Shown here piece after piece: positions 1-9,112 of a stretch of DNA of 64,000 nucleotides; the first letter of the stretch is position 1, and each line of letters opens with the position of its first letter. Below the pieces are notes generated by a model. That model saw only the letters and a program-made list of their open reading frames with translations, was not told the DNA's origin and searched no databases. Position numbers and translations under genes: made by a program. The stretch is from Oligoflexia bacterium (GTDB lineage Bacteria > Bdellovibrionota > UBA1018 > CAIPTA01 > JAALKR01), in the NCBI GenBank assembly GCA_011087955.1, contig JAALKR010000005.1, positions 13,381-77,380 on the forward strand, in the 5' to 3' direction.

Positions 1-178
1 GATCTTCTTTGACCGCTGCTTCGAAAAGCTCGACAGCCTCCGCATAAGACCGCTCCCGCACTAGCCGCACTCCAATGGCAAATGGATCATTAATCGTTCG
101 ATTCAGAGTTGCACTGGCCGGGGTTACTAGAACTGTACCTGCAATCATCAAAACAATTATGATCATTCTTGTAGTCAT
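1..178 (-). CDS. Partial CDS, N-terminal end only (gene runs off the window start); exported hypothetical protein
   Basis: Hand translation of the minus strand from ATG at 178 (alternative ATG at 166) gives MTTRMIIIVLMIAGTVLVTPASATLNRT... This is a signal-like hydrophobic N-terminus, and the frame stays open to base 1. It falls below the 60-aa track cutoff. Confidence 0.35.
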   Translation of the reverse strand, partial: MTTRMIIIVLMIAGTVLVTPASATLNRTINDPFAIGVRLVRERSYAEAVELFEAAVKED

Positions 179-186
179 TCCTATAG

Positions 187-1236
187 TCATTTTAGAAAGA
201 CCTCACTCCAAGCATCTTCGATGTTAAAATTACCAAATCCACCACCGGTATGCACAAACAAAATATTCTTCCCAAAGTGCTCTGGTGATTTCTTCAAGGT
301 TTCTAATAGCCCGTGCATCGCCTTACCAGAATAGACCGGATCTAAGAGTACCCCTTCTTGCCTTGCCACATGAGCAATACAGTTGAGTTCTTCCCGACGA
401 CTCAGAGCGTACCCTTCCCCAATAAATCCGTCTAGAATTTCAATATCTTCTGCCATAAAAGAAAGCGGTAAAGAAAAGTGCGCAACTGTCTTCCACAAAA
501 GGTCTTTGACTAAATGAAAAGTCTCACTGGCGTCGTAACATACGTTCACGCCGACAATTCTCGTGTCTACTTTTTCTTCATCAAGTAGCTTTCCAAGAAT
601 CAGGCCAGCCTGCGTTCCACCGCTGCCGTTAGCAAAGACTATCGAATCGAACTTACTCGGGACGGGCTCGTCGTAATTTGGCACCTCACTACCTAATTGC
701 ATCGTTAGTTCACGCCACATATTTACGTAGCCAAATGTCCCTATCGGATTAGAGCCCCCTTCAGGGATATAATAGGCTTTGCCCCCGCGATCCACGATTT
801 GATGCTCAATGATTCTGCGAAGATTTTCCCGCTCTTTATATTCTGCCTCAGTAACGTAAAAAACTTGGGCGCCAAACAAATAATCCAAGAGCAAATTCGA
901 CCGCAAAGAGTCCGGTTTTTCTCCTCGCAAAATTAGGATTGATTCTAAACCATAACTCGCAGCCAATGCGGCCACCGCGCGACAATGATTCGACTGCACT
1001 CTGCCACAGGAAATCAATGCCGTTGCGCCATGTTGTGTTGCATCAAACAATAAGTAATCTAACTTGCGTATTTTGTTTCCGCCTAACACAAAACCCGTTA
1101 GGTCGTCGCGCTTCACGTAAAGGTTAACGCCGTACTCCCCCGATAGACGAGGCAACTTATGAACTGGCGTCGGGATCCTCGCCCCATTCAAACGTTCTGG
1201 TTCGGACAATTCTGGTTTGGGTAATTTCTTGCTCAT
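187..1236 (-). CDS. PLP-dependent D-cysteine desulfhydrase / ACC deaminase family enzyme
   Basis: 349-aa ORF with family hallmarks visible: GGNKIRKLDYLL (PLP-lysine motif), SNHCRA, EGGSNPIG and a C-terminal HTGG. Confidence 0.85.
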   Translation of the reverse strand: MSKKLPKPELSEPERLNGARIPTPVHKLPRLSGEYGVNLYVKRDDLTGFVLGGNKIRKLDYLLFDATQHGATALISCGRVQSNHCRAVAALAASYGLESILILRGEKPDSLRSNLLLDYLFGAQVFYVTEAEYKERENLRRIIEHQIVDRGGKAYYIPEGGSNPIGTFGYVNMWRELTMQLGSEVPNYDEPVPSKFDSIVFANGSGGTQAGLILGKLLDEEKVDTRIVGVNVCYDASETFHLVKDLLWKTVAHFSLPLSFMAEDIEILDGFIGEGYALSRREELNCIAHVARQEGVLLDPVYSGKAMHGLLETLKKSPEHFGKNILFVHTGGGFGNFNIEDAWSEVFLK

Positions 1237-1266
1237 GCAATCTCCAGACGCTACTATCTAAACAAA

Positions 1267-2331
1267 ATGAAACTCCTCGACCAGCGTAAAGTATCATTCG
1301 TCGTGTTTTTTTTGCTGCTAGGCATCTCAGGCTCTGCCTACGCGGAACGCAAGCCCGTCAAAATTCTCGATCTCAGCTCCAGCGGACGTACAATCATGAT
1401 TACAGCAGGCTCCCGCGATGGTCTTAAGATGAAAGAGGCCATTCTTATTCGCCGAAAGAATAAAAAGTTAGCGGCGGCCCGAGTAATTCGACTATTCGCG
1501 GAGAAAGCGGCTATATATGTTGTCGCACGCTATTCCCGTGAACAACCGGCTAAAACGAAAGGTAACCACACATTCAATATTCTCTACGGCATCCCGATGG
1601 CAGGAGTCCCGAAATTACCGCCCGGAATTGCTAGCAGAGTTGGTGGAAGAGCTGGCGGTGGTGGGTTTGCAGACGAAATTGAGGACGATTTAGGGCTTAA
1701 CCCTCAGGATGAAAACTATATCACCGACAAGGGCCGTGAATATGAACCAGAAATTGACGACGAAGATTATACGCCGGAAGTAACGGTCAGACCGGAATTT
1801 CCACCAACGAATTATCGCCGAGAGCATAATATCTCTGTTGGACTTGGGCTCTTTCGAAACGCAAACCTCAGCGCGGCGCTGAATGAAGAGTCTCCAGATT
1901 CGAGTTCCACGACCACCTATGCAGGAATATTTGCACGCTATACGTATAACTTCCACACCTTCTACTGGCTAATAAAAAAACGGCGGGCGCTCATATCCAT
2001 CGAAGCTTCCATGGGGGTCTACAATTTCCCCTTCACTGATTTCACAAGAGTTGTAAATGCCCAAAAGGCACAAATTGAAGTGATCCCTCTCGGCGTATAT
2101 GTCCACTATAATTTTGAACTTTCACCATTGTTTACAGCCTACCCATATCTCGGCTACCAATATAATATTGTTTCGGCGACAAACAATTTCCCGAATGAGC
2201 ATCTAGACGATCTTCGTGGTGGCGGCATGGCCTTTGGTATTGGCTCCAGCTTGGTTATTTCTCGCACTATTAATGTGCGGCTTGACGCAGGGAATGATGG
2301 TACCTTCGTTGGCACGGTTGTGAAATTCTAG
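1267..2331 (+). CDS. Hypothetical outer-membrane beta-barrel protein
   Basis: Signal peptide (FFLLLGISGSAYA/E). The C-terminal half has alternating aromatic/small residues and ends in ...GTVVKF, a terminal Phe typical of OMPs. Confidence 0.5.
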   Translation: MKLLDQRKVSFVVFFLLLGISGSAYAERKPVKILDLSSSGRTIMITAGSRDGLKMKEAILIRRKNKKLAAARVIRLFAEKAAIYVVARYSREQPAKTKGNHTFNILYGIPMAGVPKLPPGIASRVGGRAGGGGFADEIEDDLGLNPQDENYITDKGREYEPEIDDEDYTPEVTVRPEFPPTNYRREHNISVGLGLFRNANLSAALNEESPDSSSTTTYAGIFARYTYNFHTFYWLIKKRRALISIEASMGVYNFPFTDFTRVVNAQKAQIEVIPLGVYVHYNFELSPLFTAYPYLGYQYNIVSATNNFPNEHLDDLRGGGMAFGIGSSLVISRTINVRLDAGNDGTFVGTVVKF

Positions 2332-2352
2332 CTCCTCCGCTATAAGCAGGCA

Positions 2353-2637
2353 ATGCTCAAACATTCAGTTCACCAACTAGTAGGTATCGTAGTAGGCATC
2401 ATAGCCTTATTGGTTGTTGGTAGTGCTTGCGGCGTAAAGGGGTCGCCAGTTAGCCCGATTCGCCCAGATGAGGTCGCTACTGAAAAAGTTGTAGTGGAGT
2501 GCTCGGTTTATGACCCAAGTTGCGCGGAAGAAGACCCTGAGTACGTCACTGGACTCGACCCAAAAAATCCAAAGGATGCCGCTATTATTAAGAAACTAGA
2601 AGCTGCGCGCAAAAAGAGCGGGCGGCAGAAAAAGTAG
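2353..2637 (+). CDS. Small lipoprotein, hypothetical
   Basis: 94-aa ORF with a hydrophobic N-terminus ending in a lipobox-like VVGSAC, then a charged Lys-rich tail. Confidence 0.45.
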   Translation: MLKHSVHQLVGIVVGIIALLVVGSACGVKGSPVSPIRPDEVATEKVVVECSVYDPSCAEEDPEYVTGLDPKNPKDAAIIKKLEAARKKSGRQKK

Positions 2638-2695
2638 CAAATTTATGCTAAGTAGTTTGAATTCGTAAAAGTGGAGAGCAGAGTGGAGAGCAAAA

Positions 2696-3469
2696 ATGAA
2701 AATATTCGTGTGCATAAAGCAAGTGCCAGATACTGAAACTCGGATTAAAATCGCGAGTGATGGCAACCGCTTAGACCTTGCCGGAGCGAAATGGATTATG
2801 TGCCCTTACGATGAATTCGCTGTAGAAGAGGCCATACGCTTTAAGGAAAAAAACTCAGATGCGACAGTCACCGTAATTAGTGCCGGGCCTGAGCGAGTGA
2901 AAGAGGCGCTACGGACCGCACTGGCCATGGGTTGCGACAATGCCCTTCAAGTTGCGCTTCCAGAAAATGCCGATTCATTTATGACCGCGAAAGCATTAGC
3001 CAAGTCTATTGCCGCTGAAGGGGAGGCGCATATCGTGTTCACCGGTAAGCAAGCCATCGATGATGACGCTGCCCAGGTGACACAAGCAATGGCTGAGTTT
3101 TTAGACATGCCGGCAGTATCTGTTGTGTTGAGAGCCGAGTACGGTGCGAATCAAATTCAAGCTGAACGTGAAATTGAAGGCGGCTCAATTGAAAAGTATG
3201 AAGCTCCAATGCCATGTGTAATTGCCGCACAAAAGGGCATGAACGAACCACGATACGCCTCTTTGCCCAACATTATGAAAGCAAAGAAGAAAGTGATTAA
3301 GCTAGTCTCATTGGCTGATATCGGTGTCACGGCTGACGAGATTAAAATTTCTTATTCTGGATTTACTTTGCCGCCGGAGAGGGCCGGCTGCAAGATGCTG
3401 GAAGGCGACGTACCTACGCAAAGCAAAGAACTGGTTAGACTTCTTCGTGAAGAAGCAAAAGTGATTTGA
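2696..3469 (+). CDS. etfB: Electron transfer flavoprotein beta subunit
   Basis: MKIFVCIKQVPDTE... is the canonical EtfB N-terminus. 257 aa, followed directly by etfA. Confidence 0.9.
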   Translation: MKIFVCIKQVPDTETRIKIASDGNRLDLAGAKWIMCPYDEFAVEEAIRFKEKNSDATVTVISAGPERVKEALRTALAMGCDNALQVALPENADSFMTAKALAKSIAAEGEAHIVFTGKQAIDDDAAQVTQAMAEFLDMPAVSVVLRAEYGANQIQAEREIEGGSIEKYEAPMPCVIAAQKGMNEPRYASLPNIMKAKKKVIKLVSLADIGVTADEIKISYSGFTLPPERAGCKMLEGDVPTQSKELVRLLREEAKVI

Positions 3470-3483
3470 GGAAAAGAGTAAAT

Positions 3484-4464
3484 ATGGCAAAAATTTTTAT
3501 ATACTGCGAACAAAGCACCGGAAAACTAAAGAAAGGCGCAATCGAAGTCCTTTCGAATGCTTGTACTTGGGGATCTGAAATTCACGCCCTTATTGTAGGA
3601 AAGCCCGGCTCCCTTGGGGAAGCTGCTGCGGAAGCAAGCAAGTATGCTGTCACTAAGGTGCACTGCTTAGAAAATGATGCTTGCGATACCTATTCACCAG
3701 AAGGCTTTGCAACCGTCGTTGCAAATACTGCCAAAGCAGAAAGTGCGGATGTTCTTTTGACAAGCCTAAGCGCGCAGACAAAAGACTTCTTTCCACGCGT
3801 ATCGGTAAAATTGGAGTCGGGTATGGCTTCTGACTGCACCGCCGTTTCATTGGAAGGCGACACGCTAAAAGCGACTCGCCCGATGTACGCAGGTAAATGT
3901 TATGCCAACGTAGAATTTTCTGGCGCAAAACCAGCCATCGCTACCATTCGTGCCAATGCTTTAGGTGGCATAAAAGATAGTACTGGAACAGGCTCCGATA
4001 TAGCCCACGTAGCTGCGGATGCTGGAAATATCCGCACGAAGGTTGTGGAGATAGTCACAAGTGACATAGCTAAATCTGGAACTATTGATCTAACTGAAGC
4101 GGAAAGAATTGTGTCCGGTGGGCGCTCGCTCAAAAATGCAGAGAATTTTACCATCTTGGAAGAATTAGCCAGTGTTCTAGGTGCTACCGTTGGCGCCTCG
4201 CGGGCAGCGGTCGACGCGGGTTATCGCCCACATAAGGACCAAGTTGGACAGACCGGAAAAACTGTTTCACCGGTTCTTTATATGGCTTTTGGTATTTCTG
4301 GCGCAATTCAGCACCTGGCTGGAATGCGCACTTCCAAAGTTATTGTGGCGATCAATACAGACTCAAACGCACCGATCTTCCAAAAGGCCGACTACGGTAT
4401 CGTTGGTGATTTGTTCGAAGCAGCACCTCAATTGACGAAAGATTTCAAAGAAGCGTTGTCCTGA
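3484..4464 (+). CDS. etfA: Electron transfer flavoprotein alpha subunit
   Basis: FAD-binding C-terminal motifs are present (SRAAVDAGY..QVGQTGK.V.P.LY.A.GISGAIQH.AG). I chose the ATG at 3484 (MAKIFIY), which has GAGG about 12 nt upstream, rather than the track start at 3466. Confidence 0.9.
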   Translation: MAKIFIYCEQSTGKLKKGAIEVLSNACTWGSEIHALIVGKPGSLGEAAAEASKYAVTKVHCLENDACDTYSPEGFATVVANTAKAESADVLLTSLSAQTKDFFPRVSVKLESGMASDCTAVSLEGDTLKATRPMYAGKCYANVEFSGAKPAIATIRANALGGIKDSTGTGSDIAHVAADAGNIRTKVVEIVTSDIAKSGTIDLTEAERIVSGGRSLKNAENFTILEELASVLGATVGASRAAVDAGYRPHKDQVGQTGKTVSPVLYMAFGISGAIQHLAGMRTSKVIVAINTDSNAPIFQKADYGIVGDLFEAAPQLTKDFKEALS

Positions 4465-4472
4465 GTGTTTTA

Positions 4473-6470
4473 ATGTATTTAACGATTAAACCGTTTTTAG
4501 TGCTCTTGTGTATGGCAGGAGCGTTTTCATATTTCTTCTATAAAACTAAGGCACTCATCGACCTTATGCGAGCCGCTCCAGGCGGGGTAATTATTGATCG
4601 GATCCCCGAGCGAACCTTTATGTTTTTGCGTGAAGTGATTTGGCAAAGTTCTGTTCGTCGTAATAAACCAATCGTTGGAATTGCCCACACATTGATTTTT
4701 TGGGGTTTTCTTGTCATTACGGTCGGCACTTTAGAAATGATGGTGGAAGGAATTTTTCACGGACTTACCATCTCTTCTTTATCTCCAACTGTGCATGGCT
4801 GGTATGTTTTCATTTCTGACTTTGCCGCAATTGGCGTTTTGGGTGGTGTGGCCTTTGGATTCTATCGCCGACTTGTCATCAAACCTGACTATTTAACGAA
4901 TGGCTTGGATGCAAAGCTGATCCTAGTATTCACCGCCACACTAATGATCTCTTTATACGGCTATAACATGTTCCGTATTCCCCTAGAGCCGGACGCCTTC
5001 ATTAATTCTTATTTTATTTTGTCTACACCATTGGCTGCAATGTTCGGGTTGAATGGTGCTAGCAGCTCCTTGGCTTTTGCTGGCACAGAATTTTTTTACT
5101 GGGTGCATTTATCAATGGTACTAGGCTTCTTGGTCTATATCCCAAACTCAAAACACCTCCACGTTCTGTCTGCAGCGCCAAATATTTTCTTCAAGCGCCT
5201 AGGACCAGAAAAAGCTTTTGAGAAAACTGATTTTGAGGATGAGTCGTTAGAGCAGTATGGAATTGCGAATTCGACGCAATTGCCATGGGGTATGGTGCTC
5301 GATTTATATGCTTGTACAGAGTGTGGGCGCTGTGAAGAGCAGTGTCCTGCCGCTATGACTGGCAAGCCACTTTCGCCGAAGAAGATCATTCATGATCTAA
5401 AAGTCGATCTTCTTAGCCATTCGAAAACAATTCGAGAAAAAGGTGACCTGGGAGCTATTCCGGGCTTTGTGCAAAATGAAGGAGAGATCTCCCCAGATGT
5501 CATTTGGTCATGCACCACCTGCCGCGCTTGTGAAGTAAGCTGCCCAGTTGGAATCGAGCAAATTTCACCAATCATTGAGTCTCGACGAAATCTTGTACAG
5601 ATGGAAGCAGCCTTCCCAGCGGAATTGCAGACAGTATTTAAGAATTTGGAAAATAATTTCACGCCTTGGGCTTTTCCTGCAGATTCTCGTGCGGATTGGT
5701 GCCAGGAGCTTGGGGTAAAACAGATGAGCGAGCATCGCGGTGCTGAGGTGCTTTACTATGTCGGTTGCGCCGGCTCTTTTGATGATCGTGCTAAAAAAGT
5801 TGCCACAGCGATTGTGAAGCTCCTTAAAATGGCAAGCATTGATTTTGCTATCCTTGGTAAGGAGGAAAAATGTAACGGCGATCCGGCTCGACGTGCAGGT
5901 AACGAATATCTGGCGCAAATGCTAATCCAGGAGAATGTGGAAACGCTCAATAAATACCAACCCAAGACAATTCTGGCAGCATGCCCACATTGTTTTAACA
6001 CACTTCGCAATGAATACCCTGCCTTCGGAGCTCAATACCATGTTGTGCATCACTCTCAATTTCTGCGGGAACTGGTCGATAGCGGACAAATTCCTTTGAA
6101 CAATAAGAGCGATGAGCGCATTACCTATCATGACTCTTGTTATCTTGGACGTTGGAATGGTGAATACGATGCACCGAGAGCGCTTTTGAAGTCCGCCGGT
6201 GTAAAGCTTGATGAAGTTGAACGCAGACGCACCAAGGGGCTTTGCTGTGGTGCCGGTGGGGCGCGCATGTTTATGGAAGAGACTATTGGCAAGCGTGTGA
6301 ATATTGAACGTACAGAAGAGTTAACAGCCAAAAAAACCAAGACAGTTGCAGCAAACTGCCCTTTCTGTACAACGATGATCACAGATGGGTTGAAGGACGC
6401 CAACCAACAAGATGACGTAGTGGTGAAAGATATCGCAGAAATTTTGCTTGAAGCTACCGGTAAAGGCTGA
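4473..6470 (+). CDS. Membrane-bound Fe-S oxidoreductase with two 4Fe-4S motifs and CCG domains; probable ETF-oxidising partner (EtfD-like)
   Basis: The N-terminal part has multiple TM helices. It carries CTECGRCEEQCP and CTTCRACEVSCP ferredoxin motifs and cysteine-rich CCG-type segments (GLCCGAGG). It is adjacent to etfBA. Confidence 0.8.
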   Translation: MYLTIKPFLVLLCMAGAFSYFFYKTKALIDLMRAAPGGVIIDRIPERTFMFLREVIWQSSVRRNKPIVGIAHTLIFWGFLVITVGTLEMMVEGIFHGLTISSLSPTVHGWYVFISDFAAIGVLGGVAFGFYRRLVIKPDYLTNGLDAKLILVFTATLMISLYGYNMFRIPLEPDAFINSYFILSTPLAAMFGLNGASSSLAFAGTEFFYWVHLSMVLGFLVYIPNSKHLHVLSAAPNIFFKRLGPEKAFEKTDFEDESLEQYGIANSTQLPWGMVLDLYACTECGRCEEQCPAAMTGKPLSPKKIIHDLKVDLLSHSKTIREKGDLGAIPGFVQNEGEISPDVIWSCTTCRACEVSCPVGIEQISPIIESRRNLVQMEAAFPAELQTVFKNLENNFTPWAFPADSRADWCQELGVKQMSEHRGAEVLYYVGCAGSFDDRAKKVATAIVKLLKMASIDFAILGKEEKCNGDPARRAGNEYLAQMLIQENVETLNKYQPKTILAACPHCFNTLRNEYPAFGAQYHVVHHSQFLRELVDSGQIPLNNKSDERITYHDSCYLGRWNGEYDAPRALLKSAGVKLDEVERRRTKGLCCGAGGARMFMEETIGKRVNIERTEELTAKKTKTVAANCPFCTTMITDGLKDANQQDDVVVKDIAEILLEATGKG

Positions 6471-6488
6471 TTTTATTTAAGCATAAGC

Positions 6489-7160
6489 ATGGGGCTAAGC
6501 ATGAGGCGATGGCTACTCGAAAATTTAGTTCCTCTAGTCGTAGCGCCTCTCTATTATCTATACTCCTTAACTTGGCGATTACGTATTACTGGCGACACAG
6601 ATTCGTTGCGTCGCTTCATCCATTCAAAAAAACGAGAAGCTGTTGTCTTTGCCCATTGGCACGGCGATGAATTGGTCCTACTACCCTTTTATTCCTACCG
6701 CCGCCTAGCGGTTTTATCGAGCCTCTCGAAAGACGGCACGATTATGGCTAAGATCTTAAAGATATTGGGCTATGAAGTATTTCGTGGTTCTTCTTCTCGG
6801 GGAGGTGCGCGCGCGCTGCTTTCCTTAATTCAAAAGGTAAAAGAAGGCTCTCAGGCTTCGCTTGCAGTGGATGGCCCTAAGGGTCCGATTTATGAAGTAA
6901 AGCCTGGAATTATTGAGCTTGCCATGCGTTCCAGGAAACCGATCGTGGTCTGTAGGGTTTTTGCAAAAAATGTTTGGTATATCCCGCGGGCATGGAATAA
7001 GTCCTACGTGCCAAAACCATTTTCTAAAGTAGAAGTTTATTTCTCTGCACCCTTATCCGAGCTCCCTCCGGCACTGCCTCGGACTAAGCAAGAGCGCGAA
7101 GAGGTTGTGGCAACTGCTGCAGCTCTCGTGAAGAAAGAATTATCACGCCCATCATCTTAG
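6489..7160 (+). CDS. DUF374 / lysophospholipid-acyltransferase-like protein
   Basis: 223-aa ORF with an N-terminal TM segment, FAHWHGDEL and a GGARAL...DGPKGP pattern typical of the DUF374 family. Confidence 0.65.
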   Translation: MGLSMRRWLLENLVPLVVAPLYYLYSLTWRLRITGDTDSLRRFIHSKKREAVVFAHWHGDELVLLPFYSYRRLAVLSSLSKDGTIMAKILKILGYEVFRGSSSRGGARALLSLIQKVKEGSQASLAVDGPKGPIYEVKPGIIELAMRSRKPIVVCRVFAKNVWYIPRAWNKSYVPKPFSKVEVYFSAPLSELPPALPRTKQEREEVVATAAALVKKELSRPSS

Positions 7161-7178
7161 CGCGGGCGTACATCTTGC

Positions 7179-7223
7179 CTCCGAAGGCGGAGGCCAGAGG
7201 TTCGAATCCTCTCGGGTGCGCCA
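7179..7223 (+). other. tRNA-Arg(CCG)-like 3' remnant (anticodon loop to CCA), putative att-type junction
   Basis: The elements, in order, are: CTCCGAA loop (U33, anticodon CCG, A37), GGCGG, variable AGGCC, T arm AGAGG-TTCGAAT-CCTCT, acceptor 3' strand CGGGTGC, G and CCA. No complementary 5' acceptor strand (GCACCCG) or D arm is present upstream, and the 5' anticodon-stem strand pairs at only 3 of 5 positions. Confidence 0.6.
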
Positions 7224-7373
7224 TTTTTATAAAGAAAATCAATACCTTGCGAAGATGGTCGCTTATGAGCTTAGTGCTTACGCGGGAAAACCGCGTTAGC
7301 AAACGGATTATCGCAGCGCGCGAAATAGTGTCGTCGACCCTCGACAGGAAGTTTTTTGGTAGTGGGAACGCGC

Positions 7374-7700
7374 TCATGCTAAGGCGCTTTGGATAGCTGC
7401 CCCCACCACCTCGGGCGGCGCTTTGAACCATTCGGTCGCGCTGAACGATCTTCCGTCCGGCCCTGTGACCCGAAGCGCGGTGTGATAGGGCCGAAGGGCG
7501 CGGTGGATGCACTGCTCGGCTTCTTTCGCGGAATGGCCGGTAAGTTCGTATGTTTCAACCACCGCGACGGGTGCGAACAAAAATGTCGATTGAGTTTCTG
7601 CGCGTGCGATGCGGTCCTCGACCGACCCGGATGTTGTGCCGACTTTTAACAATCCTTGCGCGTCCTTGTCTTCGTAGAGACAGCGAACAAGCGAGGACAT
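7374..7700 (-). CDS. GIY-YIG nuclease family protein, T5orf172/MUG113-type domain
   Basis: 108 aa. The pattern CLYED..GLLKVGTTSGSVEDRI....(E)AEQCIHRAL......EWF matches the T5orf172 layout (GxxYI..KIGxT..R...E..lH..f...EWF). Confidence 0.55.
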   Translation of the reverse strand: MSSLVRCLYEDKDAQGLLKVGTTSGSVEDRIARAETQSTFLFAPVAVVETYELTGHSAKEAEQCIHRALRPYHTALRVTGPDGRSFSATEWFKAPPEVVGAAIQSALA

Positions 7701-7789
7701 GAGAAGATTCGACTCCGTGCCATTGTCGAAAATAACGCGTTATCCGCGTTGGTTTCGAAAGTGGACCCAAGAGCTTTGATAACGTCTGG

Positions 7790-8344
7790 GTGGAATATGC
7801 TGCCGGTCGGGAGCCAAAGGACTCTTCCGGGCAGTCGCTGAAACGCGAGCATATGCAATGCAAGTGGCACGTCTCGCCCGGCACCTATGGCTACTCCGAC
7901 CTCGTGAAGCCGGAGTTTATCAATGCCAACGCCCGCTCTTTGCTTCAACGCGCGCGTGATGCGCACACGACGTTGGCTTTCGCTGCCGGTAGTGTTTTCA
8001 ACATCAAGTCCGGACGGGCCCTAGAACTGGAGCAGCGAACCATAGGACGGAGCGTATGGGCCGCCGACGATGTTCCGGCTGATCCGGATTGGCCGACGCT
8101 TGATCCGACCGTGATCGAGATGAAGCCGGACGTTCCGGACATTGCGGTAGCCATTGGGATAACTCACGACATCACCGGAGATGTTCGGCAATACGTTGAA
8201 GATCAGCTCCCCTCCGTCGGGCGATTATTAGTCCTCCAGCCCTCGACGGGTTCAGGATCGCAGGTCGCTGCTGCAGAGCGGCACGCATTCGATCTTGCTC
8301 AATCTGCGAAGGAGGGCGTGACCGCAGCTACCGCCCATCGCTGA
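7790..8344 (+). pseudogene. Fragment of a sensor-domain protein (SAVED-like C-terminal region, unverified)
   Basis: The frame is open from 7736 (GTG at 7790) with a strong GC3 bias, so it is probably genuine coding. The segment IAVAIGITHDITGDVRQY...STGSGSQVAAAERHAFDLAQ resembles SAVED-type sensor domains by eye. It ends abruptly about 40 nt before the abiEi operator. Confidence 0.3.
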
Positions 8345-8382
8345 ACCTCCCGGTTTCGACGCGGTAGGTCTCATCCCAAGCC

Positions 8383-8448
8383 ATGTCCGAAATATGTTGT
8401 AAATTTCGGACTCGTCAATGTCCGAAGGATGTGGTATATTTCGGACAT
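8383..8448 (+). promoter_or_regulatory. Two inverted repeats (putative AbiEi operator) overlapping the abiEi start
   Basis: IR1 is GTCCGAAAT-N9-ATTTCGGAC (8385-8411). IR2 is GTCCGAA-N13-TTCGGAC (8420-8446). Both are preceded by AT. Confidence 0.5.
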
Positions 8449-9112
8449 GACCAATGAAGAAAACCAACTTAGTTTGCCTGTGCGAATCTTGGATCGGGTC
8501 ATAGCCGAGCCAGCAAAAGTCTGGACTCCTGCGGATTTTGCCGATCTCGGACCGCGAGAGGCTGTCGACAAGGCGCTACAGCGCATGGTCAAATCAGGCG
8601 AACTTCGACGCATCGAACGCGGTCTTTACGATAGGCCGAAGATGAACAAACTGACCCAGAAGCGCTCGGTACCGGACTATCGCGCGGTTATTGAGGCTGT
8701 GGCGCGACGCGATAAGGTCCGCTTTGTCGTTGACGGGATGACGGCAGCTAACACCTTGGGCCTTACAAATGCTGTGCCAGCGAAGATCGAGGTTCTCTTG
8801 GATGCACGCTTGAAACCTATTGAACTTGGAAGCCAAAAAATTGTCTTCAAGCATGCTGCACCAAGCCGTCTTTATTGGGCCGGACGACCTGGCATGTATC
8901 TCGTGCAAGCACTGTACTGGATCCACGACGCAACGCAAAGTGAAGTTGAGCGTTCCAAGCTCGATCGCACTATTCGGAAGCTGCTTGCAGACGAGAAGAA
9001 CGGCCCGCAACTCACTGAAGACTTACGCACTGGTCTAGCAGCGATGCCTATTTGGATGCAGGAGACATTGCGCAATCCACTCGCAGCGGCCCGCGCGGGG
9101 GCACAAGAATGA
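8447..9112 (+). CDS. abiEi: Type IV toxin-antitoxin antitoxin AbiEi family (DUF6088-type transcriptional regulator)
   Basis: ...WTPADFADLGPREAVDKALQRMVKSGELRRIERGLYDRP... is the typical AbiEi N-terminal wHTH. Its stop overlaps the abiEii ATG (ATGA at 9109-9112). The start could be 8429 or 8447. Confidence 0.8.
   Translation: MTNEENQLSLPVRILDRVIAEPAKVWTPADFADLGPREAVDKALQRMVKSGELRRIERGLYDRPKMNKLTQKRSVPDYRAVIEAVARRDKVRFVVDGMTAANTLGLTNAVPAKIEVLLDARLKPIELGSQKIVFKHAAPSRLYWAGRPGMYLVQALYWIHDATQSEVERSKLDRTIRKLLADEKNGPQLTEDLRTGLAAMPIWMQETLRNPLAAARAGAQE

Noticed and set aside
5135-6403. Chain of 69-117-aa minus-strand ORFs inside the Fe-S oxidoreductase gene, and similar antisense ORFs listed in the track within most long genes
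   Set aside because: They overlap strongly supported CDSs on the opposite strand and lack motifs and RBS context.
7148-7223. Possible full-length tRNA ending at the CCA at 7221-7223
   Set aside because: I tried to fold it. The 3' acceptor strand CGGGTGC needs GCACCCG about 65 nt upstream, and that is absent. No D arm is present, and the anticodon stem 5' strand (CTTGC) pairs at only 3 of 5 positions with GGCGG. Only the 3' part is kept as a remnant.
7084-7512. 142-aa minus-strand ORF spanning the end of the DUF374 gene and the island edge
   Set aside because: It reads through the tRNA-like T-arm (..AHPRGFEPLAS..), which is a classic artefact of translating a tRNA antisense strand. It also crosses a sharp compositional boundary and overlaps better-supported features.
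8594-9075. Several 60-140-aa minus-strand ORFs opposite abiEi and abiEii, and similar ones at 7555-7966 and 7945-8154
   Set aside because: High-GC DNA keeps off-frames open. The products are Arg/Ala/Ser-rich with no motifs, and they lie antisense to ORFs with clear family signatures or a GC3 bias.
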